64,000 bases of DNA from an uncultured Flavobacteriales bacterium. Its GTDB lineage: Bacteria > Bacteroidota > Bacteroidia > Flavobacteriales_D > CAJJDF01. Under the pieces are notes generated by a model. That model was not told where the DNA came from, ran no database searches, and was given only the letters and a program-made list of their open reading frames with translations. Where the stretch lies: NCBI GenBank assembly GCA_937129365.1, contig CAKZNB010000005.1, positions 1,021 through 65,020 on the forward strand. Reading direction: 5' to 3'. A program made the translations under genes and the position numbers. Positions 1-9,397 of the stretch are shown piece by piece. Position 1 is the first letter of the stretch. Each line of letters starts with the position of its first letter.

Positions 1-1575
1 TCCAATATGTTTAAGCCTGCTCTTGCAAGAGGTGAGATTCAAGTAATTGGAGCTACAACATTAGATGAATACAGACAATACATTGAAAAAGATGGGGCTT
101 TAGAAAGAAGGTTTCAAAAAGTATTGGTGGAACCAACCTCAGTAGAGCAGACCATTGAGATATTGAACAATATCAAAAACAAATACGAAGATCATCATTT
201 AGTTACTTACACTCCTGAAGCTATTGAAGCTTGTGTAAAATTAACTGCTCGTTATATGACTGACAGATTTTTACCAGACAAAGCTATTGATGCCTTGGAT
301 GAAGTAGGTTCTAGAGTACATATTACTAACATTAATGTGCCACAAGCAATTATTGATGTGGAAAAAGCAATTGAAGAGGTAAAAGAAAAGAAATCTTCGG
401 TGGTGAAAAGACAGAAATATGAAGAAGCAGCTCAACTAAGAGACGAAGAAAGGCAATTACAAGAAAAACTTGAGGCTGAGAAGAGAAAATGGGAAGAAGA
501 AACTGAAAACGAAAGAGAAACTGTAACCGAAGATAATGTTGCTGAAGTAGTTTCTATGATGACAGGAATCCCTTTGCAACGAGTTGCTGAGAAGGAAACT
601 GGTAGATTAAAAGAAATGGCCAAAAACCTTCAGGGGACAGTAATCGGTCAAGATGAAGCAATAAAAAAGATTGTAAAAGCTATCCAAAGAAACCGTGCTG
701 GATTAAAAGACCCAAACAAGCCAATTGGTTCATTTATATTTTTAGGGCCAACAGGAGTTGGAAAAACTCAATTAGCTAAGGAATTAGCTAAATACTTATT
801 TGATACCGAAGAATCACTCATACGAATTGACATGAGTGAATACATGGAAAAGTTTTCTGTATCAAGATTGGTGGGAGCTCCTCCAGGATATGTGGGATAC
901 GAAGAAGGCGGACAACTGACTGAAAAAGTGAGAAGAAAGCCTTACTCTATTATCTTATTAGATGAGATTGAGAAAGCTCACCCAGATGTGTTCAACCTGT
1001 TGCTACAAGCTTTGGATGATGGTCAATTGACGGATAGCTTGGGAAGAAAAATTGATTTCAGAAACACAGTGATTATTATGACTTCCAACATTGGAGCTCG
1101 TCAGTTGCAAGATTTTGGAACTGGTGTTGGTTTTGGGACTAAAGCCAAGCAAGATAGTATTGATAAAGACACACAAGCGGTAATTCAAGGTGCTTTGAAA
1201 AAGGCTTTTGCTCCTGAATTCTTAAATAGAATTGATGATTTGATTTTGTTCAACTCATTAAGCAAAGAGGATATACACAAGATTATTGATATTGAATTAT
1301 CAAAACTCTACAAAAGAATTGATGAGCTTGGCTTCAATATTGAATTGACTGACAAAGCAAAAGATTTTATTGCTGAAAAAGGGTATGATGCTAAATATGG
1401 AGCAAGACCACTTAAGCGTTCTATCCAAAAATACTTGGAAGATCCTTTGGCTGAGCAAATAATTCAACACGAAATTGGTGATGGAGATAAATTAGTAGTT
1501 GATTACGATAGTAAAAAAGACGAGATTGTTATCAAACCTAAAAAAGGAAGAAAGAAAAAGACTACTGAGGAATAA
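1..1575 (+). CDS. clpC: ClpC-type AAA+ chaperone (Clp protease ATP-binding subunit), C-terminal part. The 5' end lies outside the window.
   Basis: The frame is open from base 1. There is a UVR-like linker (KYEEAAQLRDEERQLQEKLE). The second AAA+ module has Walker A GPTGVGKT and Walker B ILLDEIEKAH, plus a C-terminal small domain (GARPLKR). Confidence 0.9.
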   Translation, partial: SNMFKPALARGEIQVIGATTLDEYRQYIEKDGALERRFQKVLVEPTSVEQTIEILNNIKNKYEDHHLVTYTPEAIEACVKLTARYMTDRFLPDKAIDALDEVGSRVHITNINVPQAIIDVEKAIEEVKEKKSSVVKRQKYEEAAQLRDEERQLQEKLEAEKRKWEEETENERETVTEDNVAEVVSMMTGIPLQRVAEKETGRLKEMAKNLQGTVIGQDEAIKKIVKAIQRNRAGLKDPNKPIGSFIFLGPTGVGKTQLAKELAKYLFDTEESLIRIDMSEYMEKFSVSRLVGAPPGYVGYEEGGQLTEKVRRKPYSIILLDEIEKAHPDVFNLLLQALDDGQLTDSLGRKIDFRNTVIIMTSNIGARQLQDFGTGVGFGTKAKQDSIDKDTQAVIQGALKKAFAPEFLNRIDDLILFNSLSKEDIHKIIDIELSKLYKRIDELGFNIELTDKAKDFIAEKGYDAKYGARPLKRSIQKYLEDPLAEQIIQHEIGDGDKLVVDYDSKKDEIVIKPKKGRKKKTTEE

Positions 1576-1596
1576 AAATAATAATTAGTAACTTAG

Positions 1597-1629
1597 AAGC
1601 CCATTCGTAATAGTACGGATGGGCTTTTT
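1597..1629 (+). terminator. Rho-independent terminator after clpC
   Basis: A 13-bp stem (aagcccattcgta / tacggatgggctt, one G-U pair) with a 4-nt loop, followed by a T-run. Confidence 0.8.
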
Positions 1630-1643
1630 AAATTTATTTCAAT

Positions 1644-2921
1644 ATGAAAAATATACTATTCATTCTTTTTATTTCAACTTCAATACTTTCTTTTTCACAA
1701 AAATCAAAAACAATTTATCTAAATTGTAATTATGAACCTGTAAGAAAGAAAAAGGCCTTGTATAAACAGATAGTTTCTACCAAAGAAGTAGAAATTAGAT
1801 TGAATGGAAGTAATACATTAATAAAAAGAATTGAACTTATTAATGGAATTAGTGAAACTAAAGAAACTGATTTTTGGAAAAACGGAAATAAATATTCTGT
1901 AATCCATTATAAAAATAAGCAAAAACACGGTGAAGCAACTTTGTATCAATGGACTGGTGAATTAAAACAAACTTCCCAATATGTTGATGGTGTTAAACAA
2001 GGTAAAGAGATTAACTATAATTTTGATAAAGAAATTATAAGCAAGTATACTTATAAAAGAGGGAAGAAAAATGGTGAGGCCATTTTTTTTGTGGATGATA
2101 GTACCAAGAAATATTATAACTACAAAAATGGAAAAAGACATGGCTTATATTTAAAAAAGAAGCTTCCAAACATTACTATTGATTCTGCCAATTACAAAGA
2201 TGGCAAATTAGATGGAGTGTTTACTACCTTTTATGAAAGTGGTAAATTGAAATATTCTATTAATCAAAGAAAAGGAAAAAGGGACGGTTGGTTCAAAAGA
2301 TATTATGAAACTGGTGAACTAATGGACATTGCACATTACGAAAACGGTTCTATTTTGAAAATTGATAAGGGTTACCATATAGATGGCTCTCTCAAAGATT
2401 TTACTAATTATTTTGATGGAAAAAAGTCAGGATTATCTGTAGGTTTCTATTCTAATGGAAATCCTGAGTGGAGAAGAAACTATAAAAAAGGAAAGCTAAT
2501 TGGAGTGAATATTGATTATTGGGAAAATGGGAAAATGAAATTCAAATCGGTATATGAAGATGGTGAAAGAACTTCTCAAACTTGTTATGATGAAGAAGGG
2601 AAAGAAATTGAATGTGGATTTGATGAGATAAATCCAATGTTTAAAGGAGGTGAGCAAAAATTATTCGAATATTTAAGTAAAACAATCAGCTATCCTCAAG
2701 AAGTAAAGGAATGTGGCATTAGAGGGAAAGTCTATGTAAAGTTTTATGTGGAAAAAGATGGTAGCTTAACTAACTTCGAAATCATTAGAGGAGTTCATAG
2801 GTCTCTTGATGAAGAAGCATTAGAAGCAATCAAGAATATGCCTAAATGGAATCCTGGAGAGCAGAAAGGAAAGAAAGTAAGAGTAAGGTTTATTTTGCCA
2901 GTTAATTTTACTTTGAGGTAA
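1644..2921 (+). CDS. Secreted protein with MORN-variant (YwqK-like) repeats fused to a TonB C-terminal domain
   Basis: The N-terminus is signal-peptide-like. There are many degenerate Y-x-NG-K/G-x-G repeats (e.g. YKDGKLDGVFTTFYESGKLKY). The last ~90 aa fit the TonB_C pattern (PMFKGGEQKLFEYLSKTISYPQEVKECGIRGKVYVKFYVEKDGSL). Confidence 0.75.
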   Translation: MKNILFILFISTSILSFSQKSKTIYLNCNYEPVRKKKALYKQIVSTKEVEIRLNGSNTLIKRIELINGISETKETDFWKNGNKYSVIHYKNKQKHGEATLYQWTGELKQTSQYVDGVKQGKEINYNFDKEIISKYTYKRGKKNGEAIFFVDDSTKKYYNYKNGKRHGLYLKKKLPNITIDSANYKDGKLDGVFTTFYESGKLKYSINQRKGKRDGWFKRYYETGELMDIAHYENGSILKIDKGYHIDGSLKDFTNYFDGKKSGLSVGFYSNGNPEWRRNYKKGKLIGVNIDYWENGKMKFKSVYEDGERTSQTCYDEEGKEIECGFDEINPMFKGGEQKLFEYLSKTISYPQEVKECGIRGKVYVKFYVEKDGSLTNFEIIRGVHRSLDEEALEAIKNMPKWNPGEQKGKKVRVRFILPVNFTLR

Positions 2922-2926
2922 TATGT

Positions 2927-4228
2927 CTATCTAAAGGCAAATTCTTCTTCGTAAATACTTTTATTACTCACACCTTCTTTTTTTAATTGACTTGTGATTG
3001 CATCTTTAAGAGGTTTTGGCCCACATAATAAATAACCACAATTTTGATAATTGTCAATACCCATTTTGTCAATTGATAAATGTCCTTTATCCTCTGAAGT
3101 CCATATTGTAACTCTGAAGTTTGGATTACTCTCCCCTATTTTATTTAATTCATCTTTGTACACAGCTTCTTCCTCAGAATTTACACACCAGAATAAACTT
3201 ATTTTATTAGTTCCAGAATCTTTTGCTAATGATAAAAACGGTGTGATTCCAATTCCTCCAGCAATCCAAACCTGCTCTTTGTCTTGAATGTAATCTGCAT
3301 GAAAATGTCCATAAGAACCTTCAACAAAAGCTGTATCTCCTGCACTTAATTTATTCGCAATATCATCTGTAAAATCTCCTAGCCCTTTTATAGTAACTCT
3401 TATTTCACTAGAATTTGGATGGCTACTTATTGTAAATGGATGATTTTCTTTTTTACTGATAGAAGGAAAATTAAAAAAAGCAAACTGACCAGCTTTAAAA
3501 CTCAAGCTTTTTTCACTAGCACTCATTATTATCTCTGAAATTCCATTTCCTAATTCTCTTACTTCCTTTATTGTATATGGAAGTTTCTTATTAAATAAAT
3601 TGAACAAAAATGCTCTATAAATCCAAGCAACTATCCCAATGAAAGACATTCCGAAAACATAAATCCTTGTAATTGGTAGTTCCTTGATTAAACTATTTAC
3701 CATCAGACCATGAAACACAGCCATCACATAGAATGCCCCCATTAGTTTATGAATATTAATCCATTTATGGTAAGGAATTTTTCTTTTAAAAACTGGTGCT
3801 GCAGATAAAATTACTCCTATTAAAATAAGAACTAATGCATAAAATCCTAACGGTTTTCCAGGAGTAAAAGCTGTTAAATCTCTCGGTACTGCAATAAAGT
3901 GGGCTAACAATAAAAAAACTGCGATAACTCCTGATCTTCTGTGTATTACATACATTTTGTCTAACCCTCCAAATAATCTTTCAACCCATTTGGCTCTTGT
4001 AGACATTAAAAAGTTAAAAGCAAAAACTGTAACAACCCAAGAAGAAAAGACTTCACCAATTATTCTATGGCCATTTTTCCATGACACATTATTTAATTCT
4101 CCAAAGAACAAGGTGTCAGAATTTACTTCTGTAAAAGTTCCCTTATAAAAATACAGATCAATAGTCCAGAATAAAAAATGAATTATTACAATGATTGGAA
4201 AATAAATCTCCCCTTTTAAAACTTTCAT
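2927..4228 (-). CDS. NOX/FRE-family membrane oxidoreductase (ferric-reductase-like haem domain plus FAD/NAD(P)H dehydrogenase domain)
   Basis: Multiple TM helices. H-x13-H sits in one helix (HRRSGVIAVFLLLAH) and H-x12-H in a later helix (HKLMGAFYVMAVFH). The FAD motif HPFTISS and the NAD(P)H motif AGGIGITPF are present. Confidence 0.8.
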   Translation of the reverse strand: MKVLKGEIYFPIIVIIHFLFWTIDLYFYKGTFTEVNSDTLFFGELNNVSWKNGHRIIGEVFSSWVVTVFAFNFLMSTRAKWVERLFGGLDKMYVIHRRSGVIAVFLLLAHFIAVPRDLTAFTPGKPLGFYALVLILIGVILSAAPVFKRKIPYHKWINIHKLMGAFYVMAVFHGLMVNSLIKELPITRIYVFGMSFIGIVAWIYRAFLFNLFNKKLPYTIKEVRELGNGISEIIMSASEKSLSFKAGQFAFFNFPSISKKENHPFTISSHPNSSEIRVTIKGLGDFTDDIANKLSAGDTAFVEGSYGHFHADYIQDKEQVWIAGGIGITPFLSLAKDSGTNKISLFWCVNSEEEAVYKDELNKIGESNPNFRVTIWTSEDKGHLSIDKMGIDNYQNCGYLLCGPKPLKDAITSQLKKEGVSNKSIYEEEFAFR

Positions 4229-4240
4229 ATAAACAGGTTT

Positions 4241-4996
4241 TTATTTTGTTTGTCCTAGAAAAAAAACACCCACCTCGTGAATAGAATAAGAAGCTATATT
4301 CTCTTTAGAAAAAGGCAATGAGTTACATATTTCTTTTGCTTCTTCTTCACTATTCGCATTCACGAAAAACACAAAATCTGTTACTTCATTGTCTAATTGA
4401 GTTCCTTCAATATCAAAATAAGCATTCTCTATTTTTCCTTTGTTCCAAAGCTCCATCACTTTGTCATTTTGAGATTTTACTTGTTCGTCAGAATAATCTT
4501 TATTTTGCGAATTCCAAACTGCTACATAAGATTTAGTTAGCCCGTTCTTTTTTAGAGCCTCATTGTTTCTTTTAAGCCACAACTGACCTACAGGATAAAT
4601 AATGTAAGTAGCAATTCCTTTTTTAACAATTTTTAATCTATTTAGTTCTGTTTCAGCATCCTCCTTGTTTTTTGCTTTAAGGGTAAATACAATATTTGGA
4701 AAATATGAAAATTTATCTGTCTGGGATTGTGCATTATAATAAAAATTTTCGGCCTTACCATCTTCCCAAAGTTTAGTCATTTCTTTAGCAATGCTTTCCA
4801 TACTATTTGTTACTTTCTCTTCGTCTTCTGTTGCCCATTTCCAAACTACAGCATAATTAGAATTCCCAATGGATACATTCTCATTCGTTTCTTCAATTTT
4901 GCCGCTAGTATTATCTGAAGATATTTTTTTTTGTGGTTCATTTCCACAACTTATAATAAAGAAGCCTAGTGTTAAGTATATTATATATTTGTGCAT
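4241..4996 (-). CDS. Lipoprotein with two tandem ~100-aa alpha/beta domains, possibly muconolactone-isomerase-like
   Basis: Lipobox (FFIISCG). There is an internal duplication (YAVVWKW...LWEDGKAENFYY... versus YVAVWNS...LWNKGKIENAYF...). The second half ends NSLPFSKENIASYSIHEVG, which resembles the MIase C-terminus. Confidence 0.55.
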   Translation of the reverse strand: MHKYIIYLTLGFFIISCGNEPQKKISSDNTSGKIEETNENVSIGNSNYAVVWKWATEDEEKVTNSMESIAKEMTKLWEDGKAENFYYNAQSQTDKFSYFPNIVFTLKAKNKEDAETELNRLKIVKKGIATYIIYPVGQLWLKRNNEALKKNGLTKSYVAVWNSQNKDYSDEQVKSQNDKVMELWNKGKIENAYFDIEGTQLDNEVTDFVFFVNANSEEEAKEICNSLPFSKENIASYSIHEVGVFFLGQTK

Positions 4997-5023
4997 AATT
5001 ATTAGTTTTATGCTACAAAATTA

Positions 5024-5776
5024 TCAACTCTTAATGTCCTTTAATTGTATAAAACGGTCGTTTTGTTTGTTGTGAAGATTTTGTGGAGTTTCGCCAGTAT
5101 GTTTTTTAACCTCACGAATGAAATGCGCTTGGTCAAAATAATTTTTATCAGGAAAAAATTCACCTTTACTAATAGCTTCGAATGAAGAATACACTTTCTG
5201 TATGTTCAAATATTTTTTTAATGAAATTCCAATATGATTATTTAAATATCTATTAATTTGTCTGTTACTCCAAAACACTTTTTCAGAAACTTCTTTTGCC
5301 CTAATATCTCCTTTGTAAGCATCTAATAATCTAGACAAATTCAATTTTTTATCAGCAACAGAAGTGGGAACCAATTTTAAAAATTCATTCTCCCATTGTT
5401 TTACAATAGATTCGAAATCTATTAAGTCAAATTCAATCAAATTTAAAAAAGAGGTATCTAATTTTTTCATTCCTTGCAACAATGAAGCCACCTCCATTTT
5501 TACTAAAAATTCTGGAGCCAAAATTTTTAATCTACATCCATAAACAGTAACATTTGGCGGAATATTTACTTCTTTTTTCTCAGTAAAGAGACCAGTAATA
5601 AAATAACTAACAACTTTTTTGTCTTTTACAAAAAATACTATTTTAAAAAAACTATCTGGAACAATTGGTTTTTTTAATGTCTTATTAGTTGAATTATTAA
5701 ATTCCCAAAACGAATCAATAAAGTCTTGTAACTCTTTACAAGGCTGTATCTGTGAATATTTATTGTTTTTTGGCAT
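5024..5776 (-). CDS. AraC-family transcriptional regulator
   Basis: The C-terminus carries a double HTH pattern (NRQINRYLNNHIGISLKKYL ... FDQAHFIREVKKHTGETPQ). Confidence 0.8.
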   Translation of the reverse strand: MPKNNKYSQIQPCKELQDFIDSFWEFNNSTNKTLKKPIVPDSFFKIVFFVKDKKVVSYFITGLFTEKKEVNIPPNVTVYGCRLKILAPEFLVKMEVASLLQGMKKLDTSFLNLIEFDLIDFESIVKQWENEFLKLVPTSVADKKLNLSRLLDAYKGDIRAKEVSEKVFWSNRQINRYLNNHIGISLKKYLNIQKVYSSFEAISKGEFFPDKNYFDQAHFIREVKKHTGETPQNLHNKQNDRFIQLKDIKS

Positions 5777-5931
5777 TAGGTAACATTATTGACAAATAAA
5801 AATACAAAGTTTTTGCACATATTGAAAATAAAAAAAGACTAATTTGTCTTTTAATAAGTTTTTGAATGATAAAAAACTATTGGATATAAATCTATTTTCC
5901 GTATTTTCAACCTTCAAAAAACTAACCAATA

Positions 5932-8241
5932 TTGAAAGTCTGTATTGCCGAAAAACCAAGTGTAGCAAGAGAAATTGCAAACATCTTAGGAGCCAACACC
6001 AAGCGTGATGGATTTTATGAAGGCAATGGCTATGCAGTAACTTACACTTTTGGACATTTATGCACTTTGTTGGAACCAAGCGATTACAAATCCGAATGGA
6101 AGAATTGGCATTTGAATTTATTACCCATGTTGCCCGAACGGTTTGATACTAAAGTAAATTCCAATGCTGGTATCAAAAAACAGTTTGATGTTATAAAATC
6201 CTTATTTGATAAGGCATCTGTGGTTATAAATTGTGGGGATGCAGGAACTGAGGGAGAATTGATTCAGAGGTGGGTGATTAATCAATGTGAATACAAAGGC
6301 GAGGTTCAACGATTATGGATTTCTTCGCTTACAGAAGAAGCTATAAAAGAAGGATTTAACAACCTAAAACCCGCTTCTCAATATGATAATTTGTATTATG
6401 CAGGTTATTCTAGAGCTATTGGCGATTGGTTATTGGGATTAAATGCAACGCGATTATTTACAGTAAAATATGGAGGCTACAAGCAAGTCTTGTCTGTCGG
6501 GAGAGTGCAAACACCTACTCTAGCTATGCTGGTGAATCGATTTAAGGAGATTGAAAATTTTAAACCTGAGCCCTATTGGGAATTACAAACTACGTATCGC
6601 GATACACTTTTTAATTACGAAGACGGAAGATTTACTAACAAAGAAGAAGGACAAAAATTAGCTGATAAAGTAAAAGAAGATAATTTTGAGATTGTTTCGG
6701 TAACCAAAAAGAAAGGAAAAGAATATGCTCCTAAATTATTTGACTTAACTGGACTTCAAGTTTATTGTAACACTAAGTTTGGATTCTCAGCTGACGAAAC
6801 TTTGAAGACTGTTCAAAAACTTTACGAAATGAAAGTAGTGACTTACCCAAGAGTGGATACTACTTTTCTGCCAAATGATGTATACCCAAAAATTGGTGGG
6901 ATTTTGTCAAAACTTACTAACTACAATACTTTAACTCAACCACTTTTAAATGACAAAATAAAAAAATCTAAAAAGATATTTGACGATAAAAAAGTAACTG
7001 ACCACCATGCTATTATTCCCACAGGAATTCAAAATCACTTACAACACAACCAAAAACTGGTTTATGATATAATTACACGAAGATTTATTGGCGTATTTTA
7101 TCCAGACTCGGATGTTTCAAACTCAGCAGTGATGGGAAAAGCTGCTGAAATTCCTTTTAAAACCACTGGAAAAGAAATACTGACTAAAGGGTGGCGAATT
7201 GTATTTGAAACGGAAACTAGTAAAACCAAAGAAGATTCTATTTTACCTAATTTTGAAAAAGGAGAAAAAGGAGATCATGAACCTTCATTTTTGGAAAAGG
7301 AAACCAAACCACCTAGAAATTTTACCGAAGCAAGTTTGTTGAGAGCTATGGAAACCGCTGGAAAACAAGTGGATGATGACGAAATGAGGGAGTTAATGAA
7401 GGAAAATGGAATTGGAAGACCTTCTACTCGGGCGAGTATTATTGAGACTTTGTTTCGAAGAAAATACATCGAGAGAAACAAAAAACAAGTGCTCCCAACT
7501 GAAACAGGAATTGCCTTAATTGATTTGATAGATAACGAGTTACTTAAATCAGCAGAATTAACAGGAAGATGGGAAAAGCGATTGAAAGAAATTGAACGAG
7601 GCGAATTTAAAGCAGGGAAATTCATTCATAACATGAAAAAAATGGTATATGAATTGGTGCAAGAAGTAAAATTGGATACAACAGTAAAACGAATTACTTC
7701 TAATATTCCTGAGAAAAATACAGTCGCTTCAAAAAATACTTCACCAAAAAAAACAACCTCAAAAGGTAAAAAAGAATTAGTAGGAAAAACCTGCCCAAAA
7801 TGCAAAAAAGGAAACTTGATAAAAGGGAAAACTGCCTATGGTTGTTCTGAGTATAAGAATGGTTGTAAATTTCTACTTCCATTTAAAATTCTTGGAAAGA
7901 AAATCTCTGAAAATCAAATAATAAGATTGATTGATAAAGGAAGTACGACTAATTTGAAAGGGTTCACTACAGAAACTGGAAAAGTAGAAGGACTAATAAA
8001 ATTTGATGATGAGTATAACTTAGAATTTGAACAAAAAGAAAACAAGCTGAAAAAAAAATCATCTGAAACAATACTATGCCCAAAATGTAAAAAAGGAACT
8101 ATCCTGAAAGGGAAAACTGCTTACGGTTGTTCAGACTATAAAACGGGTTGTGATTTTGTTTATACTTTCCAAAAAATTAAAGAAACAGCTAATGGAAAGC
8201 CTTTGACCAAAGAACTTGTGCTGGAAATCATAGCTAATTAA
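5932..8241 (+). CDS. topB: DNA topoisomerase III with two C-terminal C4 zinc-ribbon modules. TTG start.
   Basis: TOPRIM N-terminus (KVCIAEKPSVAREIA), a type IA core, and a duplicated CPKCKKG...GKTAYGCS.YK.GC module. The conserved N-terminus requires the TTG at 5932. Confidence 0.9.
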   Translation: MKVCIAEKPSVAREIANILGANTKRDGFYEGNGYAVTYTFGHLCTLLEPSDYKSEWKNWHLNLLPMLPERFDTKVNSNAGIKKQFDVIKSLFDKASVVINCGDAGTEGELIQRWVINQCEYKGEVQRLWISSLTEEAIKEGFNNLKPASQYDNLYYAGYSRAIGDWLLGLNATRLFTVKYGGYKQVLSVGRVQTPTLAMLVNRFKEIENFKPEPYWELQTTYRDTLFNYEDGRFTNKEEGQKLADKVKEDNFEIVSVTKKKGKEYAPKLFDLTGLQVYCNTKFGFSADETLKTVQKLYEMKVVTYPRVDTTFLPNDVYPKIGGILSKLTNYNTLTQPLLNDKIKKSKKIFDDKKVTDHHAIIPTGIQNHLQHNQKLVYDIITRRFIGVFYPDSDVSNSAVMGKAAEIPFKTTGKEILTKGWRIVFETETSKTKEDSILPNFEKGEKGDHEPSFLEKETKPPRNFTEASLLRAMETAGKQVDDDEMRELMKENGIGRPSTRASIIETLFRRKYIERNKKQVLPTETGIALIDLIDNELLKSAELTGRWEKRLKEIERGEFKAGKFIHNMKKMVYELVQEVKLDTTVKRITSNIPEKNTVASKNTSPKKTTSKGKKELVGKTCPKCKKGNLIKGKTAYGCSEYKNGCKFLLPFKILGKKISENQIIRLIDKGSTTNLKGFTTETGKVEGLIKFDDEYNLEFEQKENKLKKKSSETILCPKCKKGTILKGKTAYGCSDYKTGCDFVYTFQKIKETANGKPLTKELVLEIIAN

Positions 8242-9367
8242 CTTTCTTTAAATCAGTAAATTGTTCGCTTCTTAAATTATCCAAAACTTTAGTTTGTTTT
8301 AAAAACTGAGGCCAATGTTTTTCTGAGAGATTCTCATGATTCATAAAATCCAGACACTCCTGAAAAGATTGAATAACCTCTTGAGGGACTGAATTTAATT
8401 TTGCCCAAGTAAAAAAGTCTTTAAAAACAGATTCAATTTCTTGTTTTTGTTCTTTTGGAAAAGCCTTAATGTTATAATAAAAAGGCCGTTCCAAAATGTT
8501 AATATAAAAGTCAATTGGCTCTATTAAATTAAGCTCCAATCCTGTTTTATACACTTCAGGTAACTGTTTCATATTCAATATAGAAACAGTTGGCGAAAGC
8601 TTAAATGCAACCTTCGATAATTCTCTAATTGCTTCACGATTTTTAAGAAATTGCGTCCAATTAAATTCTTTACGAATGTATTCTCCTAATTGCTCAACAG
8701 CATCTATACTGGCCATTACCTCTACTTTATCAAACTGTTTCCAATATTCCAACACCTCGTAATTTTTGAATTTCAATAGAGAAAAATTAGTGCTATATCT
8801 CAAATGCACATTCGTTACCTCGTTTTTAATCAACCAATCGAGCAATAAATAATGTTCCTCAGTTACAAGTGGTTCTCCTCCAGCAAAATATATTTCTTTG
8901 GCTCTTAGTAGAGCTTCACCAGTTTCAGTAATAAATTTTTTGAAATCTGTAATGTTTTGAATAATAGCTTTCTCTGAGACATTTCTTTCGAGAGCTTTAG
9001 CATCCGCGAACCACTTGGAACTGGCTCCATGCCAGCAAGTTCTACATCTAAAATTACAGATGTTAGAAAACCGAATATCAAAGTAAATTGGTTTTTCTTT
9101 TACCTCAATTTCGGTTGGTTGTATCTCAGGAAATTTCTCGAAGGTTTCTTGGCGAATACTCTTCCCTCCTGCTGCTTCTAATTTGTAGCAACCTGCACAC
9201 CGATTGTCTTTCTCTCCTTTCAGGAATTTAGTTCTCAATTCCTGAATCGGTTTTCCATTCCATATATTCTCAAATGAATCTTCGTTTACATTTCCAAAAG
9301 GAATGTTAGCAATGCAACAAGCTTTTGCTTTTCCATTATCACTTACATGATAATGAATCCAAGGCAT
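8234..9367 (-). CDS. Radical SAM protein with an N-terminal twitch/SPASM-like Cys cluster
   Basis: CNFRCRTC (CX3CX2C) lies ~100 aa into the protein. It is preceded by a Cys-rich auxiliary-cluster-like segment (KACCIAN...NRCAGCYKLE). The GGEPL motif is present. Confidence 0.8.
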   Translation of the reverse strand: MPWIHYHVSDNGKAKACCIANIPFGNVNEDSFENIWNGKPIQELRTKFLKGEKDNRCAGCYKLEAAGGKSIRQETFEKFPEIQPTEIEVKEKPIYFDIRFSNICNFRCRTCWHGASSKWFADAKALERNVSEKAIIQNITDFKKFITETGEALLRAKEIYFAGGEPLVTEEHYLLLDWLIKNEVTNVHLRYSTNFSLLKFKNYEVLEYWKQFDKVEVMASIDAVEQLGEYIRKEFNWTQFLKNREAIRELSKVAFKLSPTVSILNMKQLPEVYKTGLELNLIEPIDFYINILERPFYYNIKAFPKEQKQEIESVFKDFFTWAKLNSVPQEVIQSFQECLDFMNHENLSEKHWPQFLKQTKVLDNLRSEQFTDLKKVN

Positions 9368-9397
9368 TAGGCAGTATGGTTTGGAAATAGAAATAGG

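Noticed and set aside
4924-4932. Homopolymeric A/T9 tracts in coding regions as possible phase-variation switches. Examples are at 4924-4932, 8050-8058, 45771-45779 and ~31245.
   Set aside because: The same length of tract occurs in housekeeping genes (topB, hutU, PPIase) as Lys-Lys-Lys codons. It reflects AT-rich codon usage rather than contingency loci.
5786-6079. A 97-aa minus-strand ORF spanning the topB start.
   Set aside because: It overlaps the conserved topB N-terminus and the promoter region. It has odd Cys/His/Leu-rich composition and no supporting signals.
7275-7625. Antisense shadow ORFs of 60-116 aa inside long genes. Examples are 7275..7625, 9381..9659, 9705..10019, 28785..29078, 33833..34081 and 56898..57164.
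   Set aside because: Each lies fully inside a well-supported gene on the opposite strand and has low-complexity composition. This is typical of AT-rich shadow frames.
8234-8241. An 8-bp convergent overlap of the topB and radical SAM stop regions.
   Set aside because: It is real in the sequence but a common consequence of compact genomes. No terminator or regulatory structure is evident.
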